Counted from the first letter of the whole stretch, positions 14,206 through 29,267 are shown. The stretch is DNA of 63,899 nucleotides, filler included, from Octopus bimaculoides (GCF_001194135.2; 6 parts of 5 records of this genome joined end to end with filler, not necessarily neighbours in it), one strand, 5' to 3'. Numbers and translations: made by a program. The notes: generated from the sequence alone by a model not told the origin.

Positions 14206-17200
14206 TATTTATACCTATTATAATAGTGATATTTAAAATTGGACATTAACAACTTTATTTCTAATCTAAATCACTAAACACGGAAGCAAGTTAAACAGAG
14301 AAGTACTTTTCGTTTGATATATAATTTGTACAATGATATTATTGATTCTTGTGTTAGAACAATAGAGTATTATCTGCCGCTGTGCTTGTAACGAATATGA
14401 TGTATTTGGGATGGACTTAGCCTCTTAATAAATAACAAGCAAACATTCAAACGAAAGATTAATAACTTAACCACACTTACATCAAACTACGCATCATATA
14501 GACTGTTTGAAATTAACCTTTTATATCTTGTATTACAAAATGGACTGAATTAGATTGATTATTTTGTCAGAGGTGATAAAATATATCAGGGCTCTGAGCT
14601 AATATAAACTGTTGTTATATACAGCCACTTTCATTGACCTCAAAATCTATTTATGGATTTATATGCTAGCACTTCCAAAATATCGGAGAGCGTTGAATAC
14701 GTTGCTTTCTTTAGTACATAATCTGATTTTACACTTTCAAAATATTTGCTACCAGTTCTTGTATACCTTTCGTACGCTATTGTAAAAGATTTCTACCAAG
14801 TGAAACAGAACAACGACATAAGCGGGATTTATCGTAGCGTACTATTAGGAGGTGAATATCCTAAACATTAAGTCACGCGACTTCACACGCACACACACGC
14901 GCGCGCGCGCACACACACACACACACACATGTGCATGAGCAAGTCATGTTACCGATGAATGAAGTATTATACCTCTTCAATATTCATTTATTAAAGTATT
15001 CTCTTCAAGCGTTGTGTCCTAGTATCGCTTGATATAGCACTTATGTCTATTTAGATAACTTACATTAAATCAATTGCAAACACATTCATCTAAAAGTTGA
15101 CCAATGTGTTGCCCATACAGATTCTTGAAGAAAATTAATGATTTAAGTGCTAGATATAGGGTCTTTGGTGTATATTCTTGGCATATTTTGTATTCAAGGC
15201 AAAGACACTTAAATTTGGAACGATCATTTCAGATATTAAGGGAATAAATTCTTTTATTACATTTTGTAGCTTTTGTAGTAGAAAAAGCCTTAAATAGTTT
15301 AGGACGTATTGGCACCACTAACTACTGATACTAAGGATGATATAAGATAAATAGAAAAAATAAATATTTAAAAATATATTTGAATACATGTTATTGTTAA
15401 TTTGTTTCCGCGGTTAAATACCATATAATTAAATATATGAATAAGGAATATTCCTTTTGAGCAGAGAACACATTTCCGATTGCCATTAGTGTATGGTGAA
15501 GCACTATCAATAACTGACCATTTAATATCATATTTGATGACGTATCACTTAAAGTCCAAACAGACCAACTAAAAATTCAACAGTTCATCTTTTTCGCTAT
15601 TTTGGGAAGAAGAATGATTACATTACACATCATTTTAGAATTTATAGAGCATGAACCTATCTAATAACGAGAGACGCCATCAGATGTCACTGCCAACCAC
15701 TTGCAAGGCATTTGTTGTCCCTATGCTAGAGGAGAATATATTTGCCCAAAGAACCAGGCACACGGACGGAACCGGAAACTGTATCGTTACAAATTAATCT
15801 TCTTAGCAACAGAGGTCTTCCGCGCGTGTTTAAGAACGTCATGATCTTCACTTCATATTTGTATTTGAATTGCATGTAATTAATTTTTTTCTTTAAAACT
15901 TTCTTCCCGTTATTGATATCTAATGTGCATTTGCTTGAATTATATATAAAACACTATATCTGAGTGTTCTTTAGTTTTACAGATCTAACACTTTTTTTGC
16001 ACATAATCACAACTGGCCTGTGCTTTAGAGAAACAATACGCCACACCATCATCGATATCGTAGACAAAAATGATAAATTTGTATATAAAATTGTATTGAA
16101 ACGGTCGAGTCGAGTTCAAGGAATATGAACTCTGAAGCTACTAAAATGGGATTACAGAAGGCAAACGCCGTATTTGTATTTTACTATGATTGGCTTGAGG
16201 TTCAGAGTTTCAACATTTAGAACTTATTTAGTTTTGTTTATAAGTAGTTAGCTATCTTGCAATGATTTTTAGTTGCATAATATATTAAACACAAAGAAGC
16301 GATTGGCTGATTCCTTCGCACACCGTCAAAATGATTTGCAGCATTTCTTTAGGTTTTGCATTTTCGGTTCAAGTTATCTATTCGCAATTTGTGGGGTCGA
16401 TAATATGTACTAATAAAATGAGATCGATATAATCTGTTTTTTTCCTTCCTTTAATATTGTTGTCCTTGTTCCAAATTTGAAAGAAGTATTTATTACAGAC
16501 TTTAATATAAGAATATTTGTGAATTAATTGTGAAAAATATGTAGAACGTTATATCTATACATTTCAAAGCAATAAATTGCCTGTATAGCTTGAAACTAAT
16601 TAAAGTGGTCGGAACAGTAATTTAATATGTACAATCGTAGATGTCGGCAATAATGTAATATACGAATGGCGATAGACTTATGATAATGTCAGTTCAAAGA
16701 AGCAGTACATGAGTAGGTCTGCAGTGTTACATGCAGAATCTACAGTCTAGTGCAATTAGCGTCAGCATGAGAAAGAAGACAAAGAAGTTGTTTGAAGTTT
16801 ATACTAAGATGGTATGTGATGAAAGGAGAGAAGCCAAGTGATGCAGATAAGGTGTGACGTGGGCGATGAGGGATGATGTATAAATACACTACAATGGCGC
16901 GACACGATGTAAATTGAATGAAAATAGGTGAAAATAGTAAGTGGATATAAATACGAAATTAAAATTTTCCACTGTACCAAAAGGAGTTATTGCTGTATCA
17001 CTAGAAAAAGACATTATTGGAATTCCGTGTTTTAGTAGGGAAGTGAAACGGGAGGCAAGCAATTTCGAAACTGAAGTATAAAACTGATGGACGAAAGCCG
17101 TGTGTCGTTCGACTCCAGTTTCAAATAATAAATGTATTGTATTGGATGAGATAAGGAGAAACAGTAAGAGATTTTTTGCAGTACCCCGATTTGAAAACCT

Positions 17201-17472
17201 GTTGGCCACAAAACATCTGTTTAGTTATTTTGCTTTCTGCTGATCACTGATATTTTCACAATCAGGCGGTGGAGGTGATTTATTTTCTGTATGGTCTAAA
17301 GTAGGTATGTAGCTTTATTAGAAGAACAAAGTGAAATCTAAAAAAACAAGATGTTTTCTAAGCTGGATTTATGCATTATGTAAACATGATGTATATATAA
17401 AATCATTAATTGCATTGTGTATTGCGAAAGCTGAAACGATTAAGCTGCATATTCATATTTAATACGCGTATA

Positions 17473-17507
<35 letters not shown>

Positions 17508-18839
17508 AGTGTACAATTGTGAATAAATCACAATTATAACGGAGTGGGTTATAATCCATACATGTCTAGAAATAGCAGTTAAAACAGTTATAAGTCCACT
17601 ATATCTAGTTATATTGTATCTCCTCAATAGTAAAAGCTGACGGCGAGCGACATGACATAAAGCTTCAAAATTTTAATTAACATACAGTTAGTCTTCTNNN
17701 NNNNNNNNNNNNNNNNNNNNNNNNNNNNNNNNNNNNNNNNNNNNNNNNNNNNNNNNNNNNNNNNNNNNNNNNNNNNNNNNNNNNNNNNNNNNNNNNNNNN
17801 NNNNNNNNNNNNNNNNNNNNNNNNNNNNNNNNNNNNNNNNNNNNNNNNNNNNNNNNNNNNNNNNNNNNNNNNNNNNNNNNNNNNNNNNNNNNNNNNNNNN
17901 NNNNNNNNNNNNNNNNNNNNNNNNNNNNNNNNNNNNNNNNNNNNNNNNNNNNNNNNNNNNNNNNNNNNNNNNNNNNNNNNNNNNNNNNNNNNNNNNNNNN
18001 NNNNNNNNNNNNNNNNNNNNNNNNNNNNNNNNNNNNNNNNNNNNNNNNNNNNNNNNNNNNNNNNNNNNNNNNNNNNNNNNNNNNNNNNNNNNNNNNNNNN
18101 NNNNNNNNNNNNNNNNTCTTTTATGAAAAAAAAAGTTTTTAGTGCATCTTCGGGACACTGATGTATTCGTAAATAATTTTGAATTTGTTACGATATATCT
18201 TGCGTAAAATCTTCTCATATTCAGTCGTCTTTTATCATTTATATTTAACTCATATCCAGTTTTTCGCCGTGGCTCGTTTAACTGGTCTCTTGTAAACGCT
18301 GTGCATTACGTATGAATTCAGAATTTTGAGTTGTGTAGATAGAGGTTGACACATTATTCTTGCCAGCTGGTATGTATTTTTGTGTTAATTTCTATGTACA
18401 AGTATGTTCTTTTGATTAGAAGAATGGATCAATTTTTGTTTCCTAACTACGAGCTTGCAATACAGGACAAATTTTTAACTTTACTTAAATGTTGAATTTT
18501 CAGGTCATATCACATGCCGACAGCTTTTAGTGTTAAGGGGATATAATATGAGTGTTTATAATGGCTTTAGGGTGGTTTTGACTGCTATTTCTTGTCATGT
18601 AAAGATTTTTCTAACCATAAGGAAATATTTGCTTATTCAAGGACTATGGAAATATTGACAAACTATTTCACTCATTTTTTTCCTCCAATTTAATTACTTT
18701 TCTTTTGTTTCTCTTAGTTGACAAAGTCTAAAATAACGGAAACGGGTACTAAAATGTAATTCATGATAAAGTTATTTTAGCATTTTCTAACTTGTCTTAT
18801 TCTCCTCATACATACCAACTCGTGGATTACTTTTCTACA

Positions 18840-18871
<32 letters not shown>

Positions 18872-19244
18872 TGTGTGCGTGTGTCTGTACACCTACATAG
18901 ATACATATATACATATACATGCACAGGTATGTGTAATTTGTTGAATGAAACTAGAAAGGCGTTTGGAAATCTAAGCGGATTGTAAGTTATAGCATACACA
19001 TTTATGGAATTCATAACATAATAATTTATGCAAACGATTTTCTAATCCACAAAATTTCAGTATTCCATACTGGACAGACTGTTTCAATTGCTCTTCAGAT
19101 TTAACACTTTGGTTATTTCTAACATTGTTGTCACAAATGATCGATTGGTACTTCACAGTGAATCGTAAGATGATCAAAAGGAAGGATGCCTCCTTCTTAT
19201 TTAATACCATTATATGGTAATAAATAATCAGGAGACAATCATGA

Positions 19245-19292
<48 letters not shown>

Positions 19293-19519
19293 TATATATA
19301 TATATATATATATANNNNNNNNNNGTGTGTTTGTGTGTGTGTGTGTATATACATATACATTAGGAATGGTATATTTGATGTTATTAGAAGTATTATACTT
19401 GATATTGTCGTTAATAAATATACTGATAACGATATTATTATGTATAGTATGATAACAACGACGAAAACGACAACAACAACAACAACAACAGCAACAACCA
19501 CACCAACAACAACAACAAC

Positions 19520-19584
<65 letters not shown>

Positions 19585-19589
<5 letters not shown>

Positions 19590-20136
19590 GCCCGGATGCA
19601 GTACCAGGCAGTGGCTCTCATGTTTTCTTATCTCAATTGATTGGAAGTGTTATCATGTACATTGCTTTGTCTTGGTATAAAAGATGGGCTACAGCAAATA
19701 TTCTGCTTAATACCACAGATTTGCTTGTTTGACCTTAGCCAGTTGAGCATGTCCCTTGGTGGCTGACGATATGTGCATCTCTGATCACGAGCAGAAGTAG
19801 TGGGGCAGCATCATAGCCCTGTGTTGAGAGGGATTCTTTGGGGTTTGAATAATTCAACCTTGGAAAAATGGGTGTTTTGCTCAACATACTTAATCAAACC
19901 TTATTCAGGGACCTTTTGAGCGGGATGGGCTACTCGAACTGTAGAGAATACTAATTGGGCCCCACCTGCGAGGTCATGCGCTGTTTATCTTGATATGAGA
20001 TCACCATGTCGCGCACATATGGTTGTGATGCATGTGCTTGGTGTACCATTATCAGACGGGTAGTCATGATGGGTATATTGGGCTTCGTATATGTTACCCC
20101 AGTGTCACTTTGATGGCATGCACTGCTCTCTCACTC

Positions 20137-20137
<1 letters not shown>
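19585..20137. repeat. ~550-bp unclassified element bounded on both sides by (AAT)n
   Basis: Higher-complexity, GC-richer block flanked by long AAT runs. No second copy in the window, so the repeat call is inference. Confidence 0.4.
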
Positions 20138-20187
<50 letters not shown>

Positions 20188-20203
20188 TATAATAATAATA
20201 ATA

Positions 20204-20337
<134 letters not shown>

Positions 20338-20734
20338 TACCAAGGAAATAGATATAAAACTACCAAGGAAATAGATATGAAATTCGGATTAGAAAAATGT
20401 GCCAAAGCAACCCTGAAAAGAGGAAAATTAGTTAAAAGTAGCAATATAACACTAGTTAAAGCCAATGAAATAAGAGAACTAGACGAAAGCCAACCATATA
20501 AATATTTAGGAGTCAATGAACTAGATATGATACAACATACACAAATGAAAGAAAAAATAAAGAAAGAGTACTATAGACGAGTTAGATCAATACTAAAAAC
20601 AGAGCTCAATGCTAAAAACAAGATAATGGGTATCAACACTTTAGCTGTCCCAGATATAAGCTACAGCTACAACGTCCTTAACTGGACACTAAACGAACTA
20701 TCTAAAATAGACAGAAAAACAAGAAAAATAATGA
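20338..20734 (+). mobile_element. 5'-truncated R4/Dong-like (RLE-type) non-LTR retrotransposon, open RT C-terminal segment
   Basis: DMKFGLEKCAKATLKRGKL...YKYLGVNE...IKKEYYRRVRSILKTELNAKNKIMGINTLAVP..SYSY..LNWT..ELSKIDRKTRKIM; starts directly after (AAT)n; cut by the scaffold spacer. Confidence 0.8.
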
Positions 20735-20834
20735 NNNNNNNNNNNNNNNNNNNNNNNNNNNNNNNNNNNNNNNNNNNNTTAATTAATTAANNNNNNNNNN
20801 NNNNNNNNNNNNNNNNNNNNNNNNNNNNNNNNNN
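20735..20834. other. Artificial scaffold spacer N44-TTAATTAATTAA-N44
   Basis: Identical 100-bp design. Confidence 0.95.
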
Positions 20835-20904
20835 GTTTTTTTTCCTTATGGGGTTTTTTCACGCTGACTACTTGATAAATTCTTATAAAGATTTTATCCT
20901 ATAT

Positions 20905-20971
<67 letters not shown>

Positions 20972-22299
20972 CTGACAGACAGACAGACAGACAGACAAAC
21001 AAAGACAGACAGATAGACAGACAGACTGTTTAAGGAATTTTTGTCAACTGACGTAATGTAATAGGTGTGTTCCATGAGTTCTCAGCTTGGTTTACCACCA
21101 AAACTCCAGCTTGAACTGCAACTGAGAATTGTGGTGCTGAGACTGCCTATCGAAGGCGGCTAGAAATTGTTTCTCCTTGAGCGGGTGGATATACATAAAA
21201 ATTTTGCATTTTATAAAGTTTTAGTTATTAGTAATTTTTTGCTTAATATGACATGTTTATATTCTTTTATTACCTATTGAATTTTATCAATACTGAAAGA
21301 GAAGCACGAGAAAAATCATTTGGACAGAAGTGAATGCGTGAGGATAAAAAATGCTTAAAAACACAATGTAATGTTCTGAGGTACTGTCATTGGTAATTAT
21401 TTTATCGACGATGAAAAGATGAATGCAAATGTGAACCTTAGTTACTTTGAACTCAAACTGAAAAGCGGTTTAGGCATATAACGCAATGTATTTTGCCCAT
21501 ACACTCTCGATTCTACGGTCAATCCTAACACACACACACCCACACATGCATACATAGATGATAGGAAGGGAAAGAGAGTGGTAGTGTCGATAGTGTATGA
21601 AATCAAATTTCAGTAATTTCACTGGCTCTTAAGTTCTTTTATTAAGAAATATTAATTTAAAATAGTGAAATATAGTGAATAACATGTCATTTCTGATTTC
21701 AGCCAATTTATTCACGTCATATTTAGCAATAACTTAAGGGTACTATCAAATAATATGCATTTTAATATAAATATCGTCAATATATTAGCCTTTATAAATT
21801 CTCAATTTATTACAGAAATTGCCAATTTCCAATATTTATTTTAATTTATTAATTAAACTTTATTGTATTTTCATGCGTTTTGTTTAGTTTTGGTGTTAGC
21901 GTTTTGTTTAGTTTCCTTTAGTTGCGGGTATGTATATGTGTGTGCGTGTTCGTGTGTGTAAGAGAGAGTGTGTAGTAGGGGGGATCGATGCTAGAGAAAT
22001 TAACATCCATCGATGTCTTTGATCTTTATGACACACGATCATTAGCAAGCCATTAACAATCAAGAAAAAAACGAAAACTATATTAAACACAATATCAATA
22101 GATTCGATAACTAAATCAGTTCCAGTCAAGTTGCAAAGGAATTAAATTATATTACCACTATTAACCATAGTCTTTCTTTACTAATAGATCCTTCAAGAGA
22201 AATTAAGGATAAAGATAAAAAGGCGTAAGGAAAGTTCTCTGAAATGTAAAGGAAATTTGAAAACTGTTTGATATTTCGTGCTTCTTGTGATTTTTCGTG

Positions 22300-22331
<32 letters not shown>

Positions 22332-22860
22332 ATTTAGACATGTGTTCAAAGCAACATAGTCCGACTGGTCTACACAGTCGCAATACAACAAAGTGTTCGA
22401 TAAACAGTGCACAATAGTTATTGTATAAGTATTTAAAGCTGCAACTCTGGTCACGTGATAAATGTGAGACCGAGTTAAACATCTTAGAACAATCACATGA
22501 GACAAATGCATATGAAAATATTATTTAACCCTCGGGCACGATCTTGTTTCTGCAAACTGAGCTCGTGAATTTGCCTGCTAAGCCAGCTTCTTTGAATGAA
22601 ACAGTCGTAATTGCGCGAAACTACTTTGCATACACTACGCTACTGTTCATTAGCCACCATTTCATACGAACCATGATATGATTGGAAGAAAGGACAACAA
22701 AAAATCGTTTTGGACTTACTAATCTCTTTACTAAGGCGAAGATACATCCAGAGATACTAATGCTCCATTAGTGTATTTGTGAGTGTGTGTATCTGAATGT
22801 GTGAGTATATATGTGTATGTGTTTATATATATGTACATACACACACACACACGCACACAT

Positions 22861-23535
22861 ATCGTGACAACTTAGCAACGGTTAAATAAAATCATGTCAC
22901 GTATGAACTATTTCTCCTGCCAATTTGTTTCTGAGCATCCTGAAATCAACAACATGCAGTCTTACGCAATTTTTCATCAAATGCACTCTTCTCAACTTTC
23001 CATACCAAACAATACATTTCTGCATTTCTGCATATCACATACAGCCTTTACAATTTCTGATATCCAACGCTTCGAACTAGCTTGCACCTAACCATTACAT
23101 ATATATGCATATGTATATGGACGTAATGGTTAGGTGTATATATGTATGTGTGTGTGCGTGTGTGTGTGTATGTGTGTGTGTGTGTGTGCGTGTGCGTGTG
23201 CGTGCGTGTGCGTGTGTGTGCGTGCGCGTGTGTGTGTGTGCGTGCGTGTGTGTGTGTGCGCGCGCGCGCGCGTGTATTTATGTATATAAATGTATGTATA
23301 TATATGTAATGGTTAGGTGCAAGCTGGTTCGAAGCGTTGGATGTCAGAAATTGTAACGGCTGTATGTGATATGCAGAAATGTATTATCTGGTATGGAAAG
23401 TCGAGAAGGCTGCATTTGATGAAAAATTGCAAAAGACTGCATGCTGTTGATTTCAGGATGCTCAGAAATAAATTGGCAGCAGAAATAGTTCATACAAGAC
23501 ATAATTTTATTTAACCGTTACTAGGTTGTCACGAT
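22861..23535. mobile_element. Foldback/MITE element with ~235-bp inverted arms and a microsatellite spacer
   Basis: 22861-23100 is the near-perfect reverse complement of 23304-23535 (ends atcgtgacaac / gttgtcacgat). Confidence 0.85.
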
Positions 23536-23621
23536 GTGCATGTTATTAATATGTATTTATGTACTGATGGATGTGTGTGTGTGTATATATATAAATGAGT
23601 GTGTCTCTATGTGAGCCTTTA

Positions 23622-23690
<69 letters not shown>

Positions 23691-25385
23691 NNNNNNNNNN
23701 NNNNNNNNNNNNNNNNNNNNNNNNNNNNNNNNNNNNNNNNNNNNNNNNNNNNNNNNNNNNNNNNNNNNNNNNNNNNNNNNNNNNNNNNNNNNNNNNNNNN
23801 NNNNNNNNNNNNNNNNNNNNNNNNNNNNNNNNNNNNNNNNNNNNNNNNNNNNNNNNNNNNNNNNNNNNNNNNNNNNNNNNNNNNNNNNNNNNNNNNNNNN
23901 NNNNNNNNNNNNNNNNNNNNNNNNNNNNNNNNNNNNNNNNNNNNNNNNNNNNNNNNNNNNNNNNNNNNNNNNNNNNNNNNNNNNNNNNNNNNNNNNNNNN
24001 NNNNNNNNNNNNNNNNNNNNNNNNNNNNNNNNNNNNNNNNNNNNNNNNNNNNNNNNNNNNNNNNNNNNNNNNNNNNNNNNNNNNNNNNNNNNNNNNNNNN
24101 NNNNNNNNNNNNNNNNNNNNNNNNNNNNNNNNNNNNNNNNNNNNNNNNNNNNNNNNNNNNNNNNNNNNNNNNNNNNNNNNNNNNNNNNNNNNNNNNNNNN
24201 NNNNNNNNNNNNNNNNNNNNNNNNNNNNNNNNNNNNNNNNNNNNNNNNNNNNNNNNNNAGATATCTTCAATTGATATACATTTTTTAATTTTAAATTAAG
24301 AGTATACCTTTCCTAGGCTTAAATGATAGAAAAATGCATGAGGAATTCAGAATCGCTAGTCGCATTGAACAAAAATCAGTAGAAAAAGAGTTATGAGGTA
24401 AAATGTTACGAAATTTCATGTCAGTAAGTAACGAAGTAACGCTTAGCAATGAGAATAAATAATATATTTCTAAAATGAATGCTTAGCTTTCAAGTCGGCG
24501 AGCTGGCAGAAACGTTAGTTCCCCAAGCGGAATGCTTAGCGGTATTTCGTCTGTCTTTATGTTTTTTTTAGTTCAAATTTCGCTGAGGTCGATTTTGACG
24601 TACAGATTATTTAATTAATTTTTTTTAACCAAACACTTTCAAACTTCCGATACTGGTAGAATATGTCACATAGAACAAGGTTTATTCTTAACGTTAACGT
24701 TTTTGACAAAATTTTTATTTTAGAAGCGGTGTTTCGTCTGTCTTTATGTTATGAGTTCAAATTCCGCCGAGGTCGACTTTGCCTTTCATTCATTTCGGAT
24801 CTATTCAATTAGACGTACAGATTATTTAATTAATTTTTTTTAACTAAACACTTTCAAACTTCCGGTACTGTTAGGATGTGTCACATACAACAGGGTTTAC
24901 TCAACGTTTTTGACAAAATTTTGTATTTTAGAAGTTATTTCGTCAGAAGTTACAGATTGACAATGGACAAATTCGTGTTTGATAAGTGCCAACACACGAA
25001 ACTCTCAGCTTTTGACTTACTCTTTAACTTCTGCCGATGATATATATACATATTATATATATGTGTAAAAAAAAATCTCATCGCGCAATCGAACCAATGA
25101 AAGAGCCTCTACCTGGTCGCTCGACTCGTTGAAAATAGCAGCCAAAGTATCCCTCTACCTAAATCAAAGGCTCATTTATGTAATGTCCTAGGCTATCTCT
25201 AAAAAGACGGCTTGCTGAAGGCTGGAATGTCTTTGATGATACGTTTGCAGTATCAGGGTTTATTTGAGGCTAAATAACAACAACATTATGGTCAATTTCT
25301 ATATCAACACCCGCATGATCTTCACTAAGAAAAAAATTAATTTTTTGCGTGGAATCAAGTACCCTGACCTCCTAATATGATGTTT

Positions 25386-25777
25386 TTAGTAATTTTTTTT
25401 AACTAAACAGTTTAAAACTTCAGTAACTGATTGACTGTGTCACGTAGAACACGGTTTACTCTTAACGTTTTTGACAAAATTTCGTATTTTAGAAGTTATT
25501 TCGTGTTAAAGTTGTCGTATTTAGGTAATTTTAACTAATCAATGACGTGTATTCAGCTGAAGAAAGTTACTGCTGTTTGCGAAAGTAATGGAAGAACAAC
25601 TTCCGGGTCATCAGGTCATGAGAGAGAGAGAGGTGGGAGAACAGAAAGTTCTTTTATAGGGAATACATACGTATGTGTGTGCGTGTGTATTTTTTCCATC
25701 TTATCCAATGTGTCCTCTCGTTTATATAATGTTAGCGTGTGACACTGAGAGAGATTTGGCTGTTATTTCCAGCAAAT

Positions 25778-25812
<35 letters not shown>

Positions 25813-25996
25813 GAGAGAGTGGTGGTATGTTGACAATCTGAACGACAGCTTATATAAACTTACCAATCCCCTACCACTGCAATTTATTAAACCCTCTCCT
25901 TTTCCTTGCTTCCATTCGGGGTTTTATCAGCTTTACATANNNNNNNNNNCTCCTTTTCCTTGCTTCCATTCGGGGTTTTATCAGCTTTACATATGA

Positions 25997-26044
<48 letters not shown>

Positions 26045-26495
26045 TGGACAGCAGAAACGCTGCATGAACAACTCTCGTCAACTTCCAAATCCCCCTCCCC
26101 CTTAAAGCTATGTATTCCTCACACCTACCTCCCTTTCCTTTCCTCAGCGTTCTAAAAGTAACATGTGTGTGTATGTATTGGTGTGTGTATGTATTGGTGT
26201 GTGTATGTATTGGTGTGTGTAGTCTGCGTATTTACATACATATATGTATGCAGCGTCCCAAACAGACGACCCGATGACCCGGAGGTTGTTGCTCTTCCAT
26301 TACTTTCACAAACAGCAGTAACTTTCTTCAGCTGAATACATGTCATTGATTGGTTAAAATTACCCAAATACTACAACTTTAACACGAAATAACTTCTAAA
26401 ATACAAAATTTTGTCAAAAACGTTAAGAGTAAACCGTGTTCTACGTGACACGTTCAACCAGTATCCGAAATTTCAAACAGTTTAGTTTTTAAAAA
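25386..26495. mobile_element. Non-autonomous element with ~230-bp inverted arms
   Basis: 25386-25620 vs the reverse complement of 26256-26495; partial arm copies at 24601-24724 and 24811-24945. Confidence 0.8.
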
Positions 26496-26919
26496 ATCAA
26501 TTAAAAGATCTGTGACTGAGATTGAAAAGATCCCTTTAGGAGCATTTTTGAAAAAGATCCCTATATTCTCATATTCATCTCGACACCGTATTATATCTCC
26601 TTCTCTCTCCTGTTTCCCTTTCCTTTTCTCCCTCTCCTTTATTTCTCGTCTCTTTCCTTTACTTTACTTTGCTACTTTTTTTTTAATCATTGTTTCGTAT
26701 TCACTGTTTTCGGTGTCCTGCAGTGAAATATTTCATCATATTTCCTCTGATCTTTATTTGTCTTCACTAAATAAATCTTTAACAACCGTATACGGGGTCA
26801 TTGGCGTAGACTAAAATGAAGGAACATTATCCTGAACGCTGAAACTCCCGTTACATTTCTTTGGTTAGCTAATGAAGGGGAAACTCTATCCTCGTTCTGT
26901 CCGTTATTATTTCCGTTTA

Positions 26920-26920
26920 C

Positions 26921-26980
<60 letters not shown>

Positions 26981-27150
26981 TCTCTCTCTCTCTCCCTCTC
27001 TCACTCTTTCTCTTTCCCTCTCTCTCTCCCTCTTTCTCCTCCCTCTCTCTTCTCTTCCTCCGTTCTCCTCCCTCGCCCTCTCTCTCCTTTCCCTTCTCTC
27101 TCTATCTGTATATCTCTTTCACTCTGTCTCTCCTTTATTCTCTCTCTTAC
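26920..27150. repeat. Long (CT)n polypyrimidine/polypurine tract
   Basis: Directly visible. Confidence 0.9.
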
Positions 27151-27259
27151 ACACACACACACACGCACATAGACAAACATATATACATATGTATATATGT
27201 GTGCGTGTGTGTGTGTCATTATGCATGTTGTGTGTGTCGTTATGTAGGTATGTGTGTTG

Positions 27260-27318
<59 letters not shown>

Positions 27319-27450
27319 NNNNNNNNNNNNNNNNNNNNNNNNNNNNNNNNNNNNNNNNNNNNNNNNNNNNNNNNNNNNNNNNNNNNNNNNNNNNNNNNNN
27401 NNNNNNNNNNNNNNNNNNNNNNNNNNNNNNNNNNNNNNNNNNNNNNNNNN

Positions 27451-27514
<64 letters not shown>

Positions 27515-28199
27515 AATAAACTTAAGTTTTGAACATTTGATTACTATTGTATCTAATCGGTTTGCTGAGAGCACACACTGGGATTGAAACATCGTAGTGT
27601 CTCAAAGACCTCTTACACTGGTAAATCGCGCGTTTTATGAACACACACACCATCTAAAGAGAGGGGGTGTTCTTCGATGAGGAAAAACAACAGTGTTGAG
27701 ATATTCACGTTCGAATCTGCTATGACGTATTGCGAATGAATAGACATGTTATTATTTGGATTCTAACTGTTCTGCATGTACTCTACGTATTATTATCTGT
27801 TTGGCAGACATTAGCATGCATCAACAAATAATTTGCTTGTTGCTTACTATAAACAAGAGCTCATGTCCCTGCTACCGGCGAGGTAACTTTGAATGAAGAG
27901 ATACACAATGAGGTCGAAATATCACAAAGTCGCAAAGTTTCCTTACACCGGTGAATCGCATGTGTTATGAATACACACATCGTCTAAAGGAAAGAGTTAT
28001 CCTTCGATGAAGAAAAACAACAATGATCAGGTATTCATGATCGAAAGTTCCAAAACGTATTGAAAATGAGTAGATACGTTATCGTAAATGTATATCGTAT
28101 TTAAAAACCAAAACATAATTGAGAAAAAATAGCATTGTTTTATTTTTAAAAGTAAGATTAAAACAAAACGAAGCAATATAAAAATGTATTCAGCAACAA

Positions 28200-28425
28200 C
28201 TGGATTGTCAAATAAATTCGTTCATTTTTTTTCTACTTCATGTGTCTGAAAAAAGGTAAAATTATTCCAAGTTTCAAAAGCGATAAACAAAAGTTGTAGA
28301 GGAAGAACAGGGCTGTAAAAGCATGAAACACTACGATAAAAATATTTTTCGTATTACTTCAAATAACATTGGAAATGATTAAAATAAGTGGAAGAGAAAT
28401 GAACGAATTTATTTGACAACCCAAT
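28200..28425. mobile_element. Small mariner-type MITE
   Basis: Inverted repeats gattgtcaaataaattcgttcattt / aaatgaacgaatttatttgacaac; the right end reads TATTGGGTTGTCAAATAA on the minus strand. Confidence 0.6.
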
Positions 28426-29192
28426 ACAACAACCTCTTTCTTGTAGCTTCATGTTTGCGAAGTTATTTATTACTTAATTATAATCCATCTCAGTTACAAA
28501 TTTCTTTCAATAGAGGGCAATGCTAATCCAGGAAAACTATAATACTCATTGTAGAATGAATAAACTTACTGTATTATGTATTTGAACCGGCCTAAGAATC
28601 ATCTCGTAGCTTTATTATTTATTGGTAAGGTTAGAAAAATGGTTGTACAATGTTGGCAAGTTAGGGTAAATTGAACATATGTCACTGGCGATGATAAATA
28701 TAAGTAAAATATTGATAGTCCATCGCACTACAGCAGAAATTCCTTTACTGCTAGTATTTCATATCTCTTTGTACAAATCTTTGGATGAAAAAGGTTCTTG
28801 CGCAATTTCCGTCTGAATGTACATACACATAAATGAACACACACACACACAAACGCACACACACATATTCATATATGCATGCATCTGTGAGAGAGAAGAG
28901 GAAACAAAGAGTGCGCGTGTGTGGTCGTTATAGAGTAAATAAATGGAACAGAAGCAATAACGCGAGTTTCATGCTGGAACGTTGGTGCTTACGCTTGATG
29001 TAAATACAATTGTTAAAGTAACACTTACATGCTACAGTTTTTACGACCAAAACTACAACTGAGAAATGTTTACACAAAGGGCAGCCAGTCACTTTTCAGC
29101 ATGAAAATCGAGTTGTTCTTTTTCTATAAATTACTGTATAACGACTACTATAACGACTACAAAACTGATGAATAGTATCTATCGAGTAACTG

Positions 29193-29267
<75 letters not shown>

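Noticed and set aside
25899-25993. 43-bp direct repeat
   Set aside because: Identical copies on either side of a short N gap; assembly overlap artefact.
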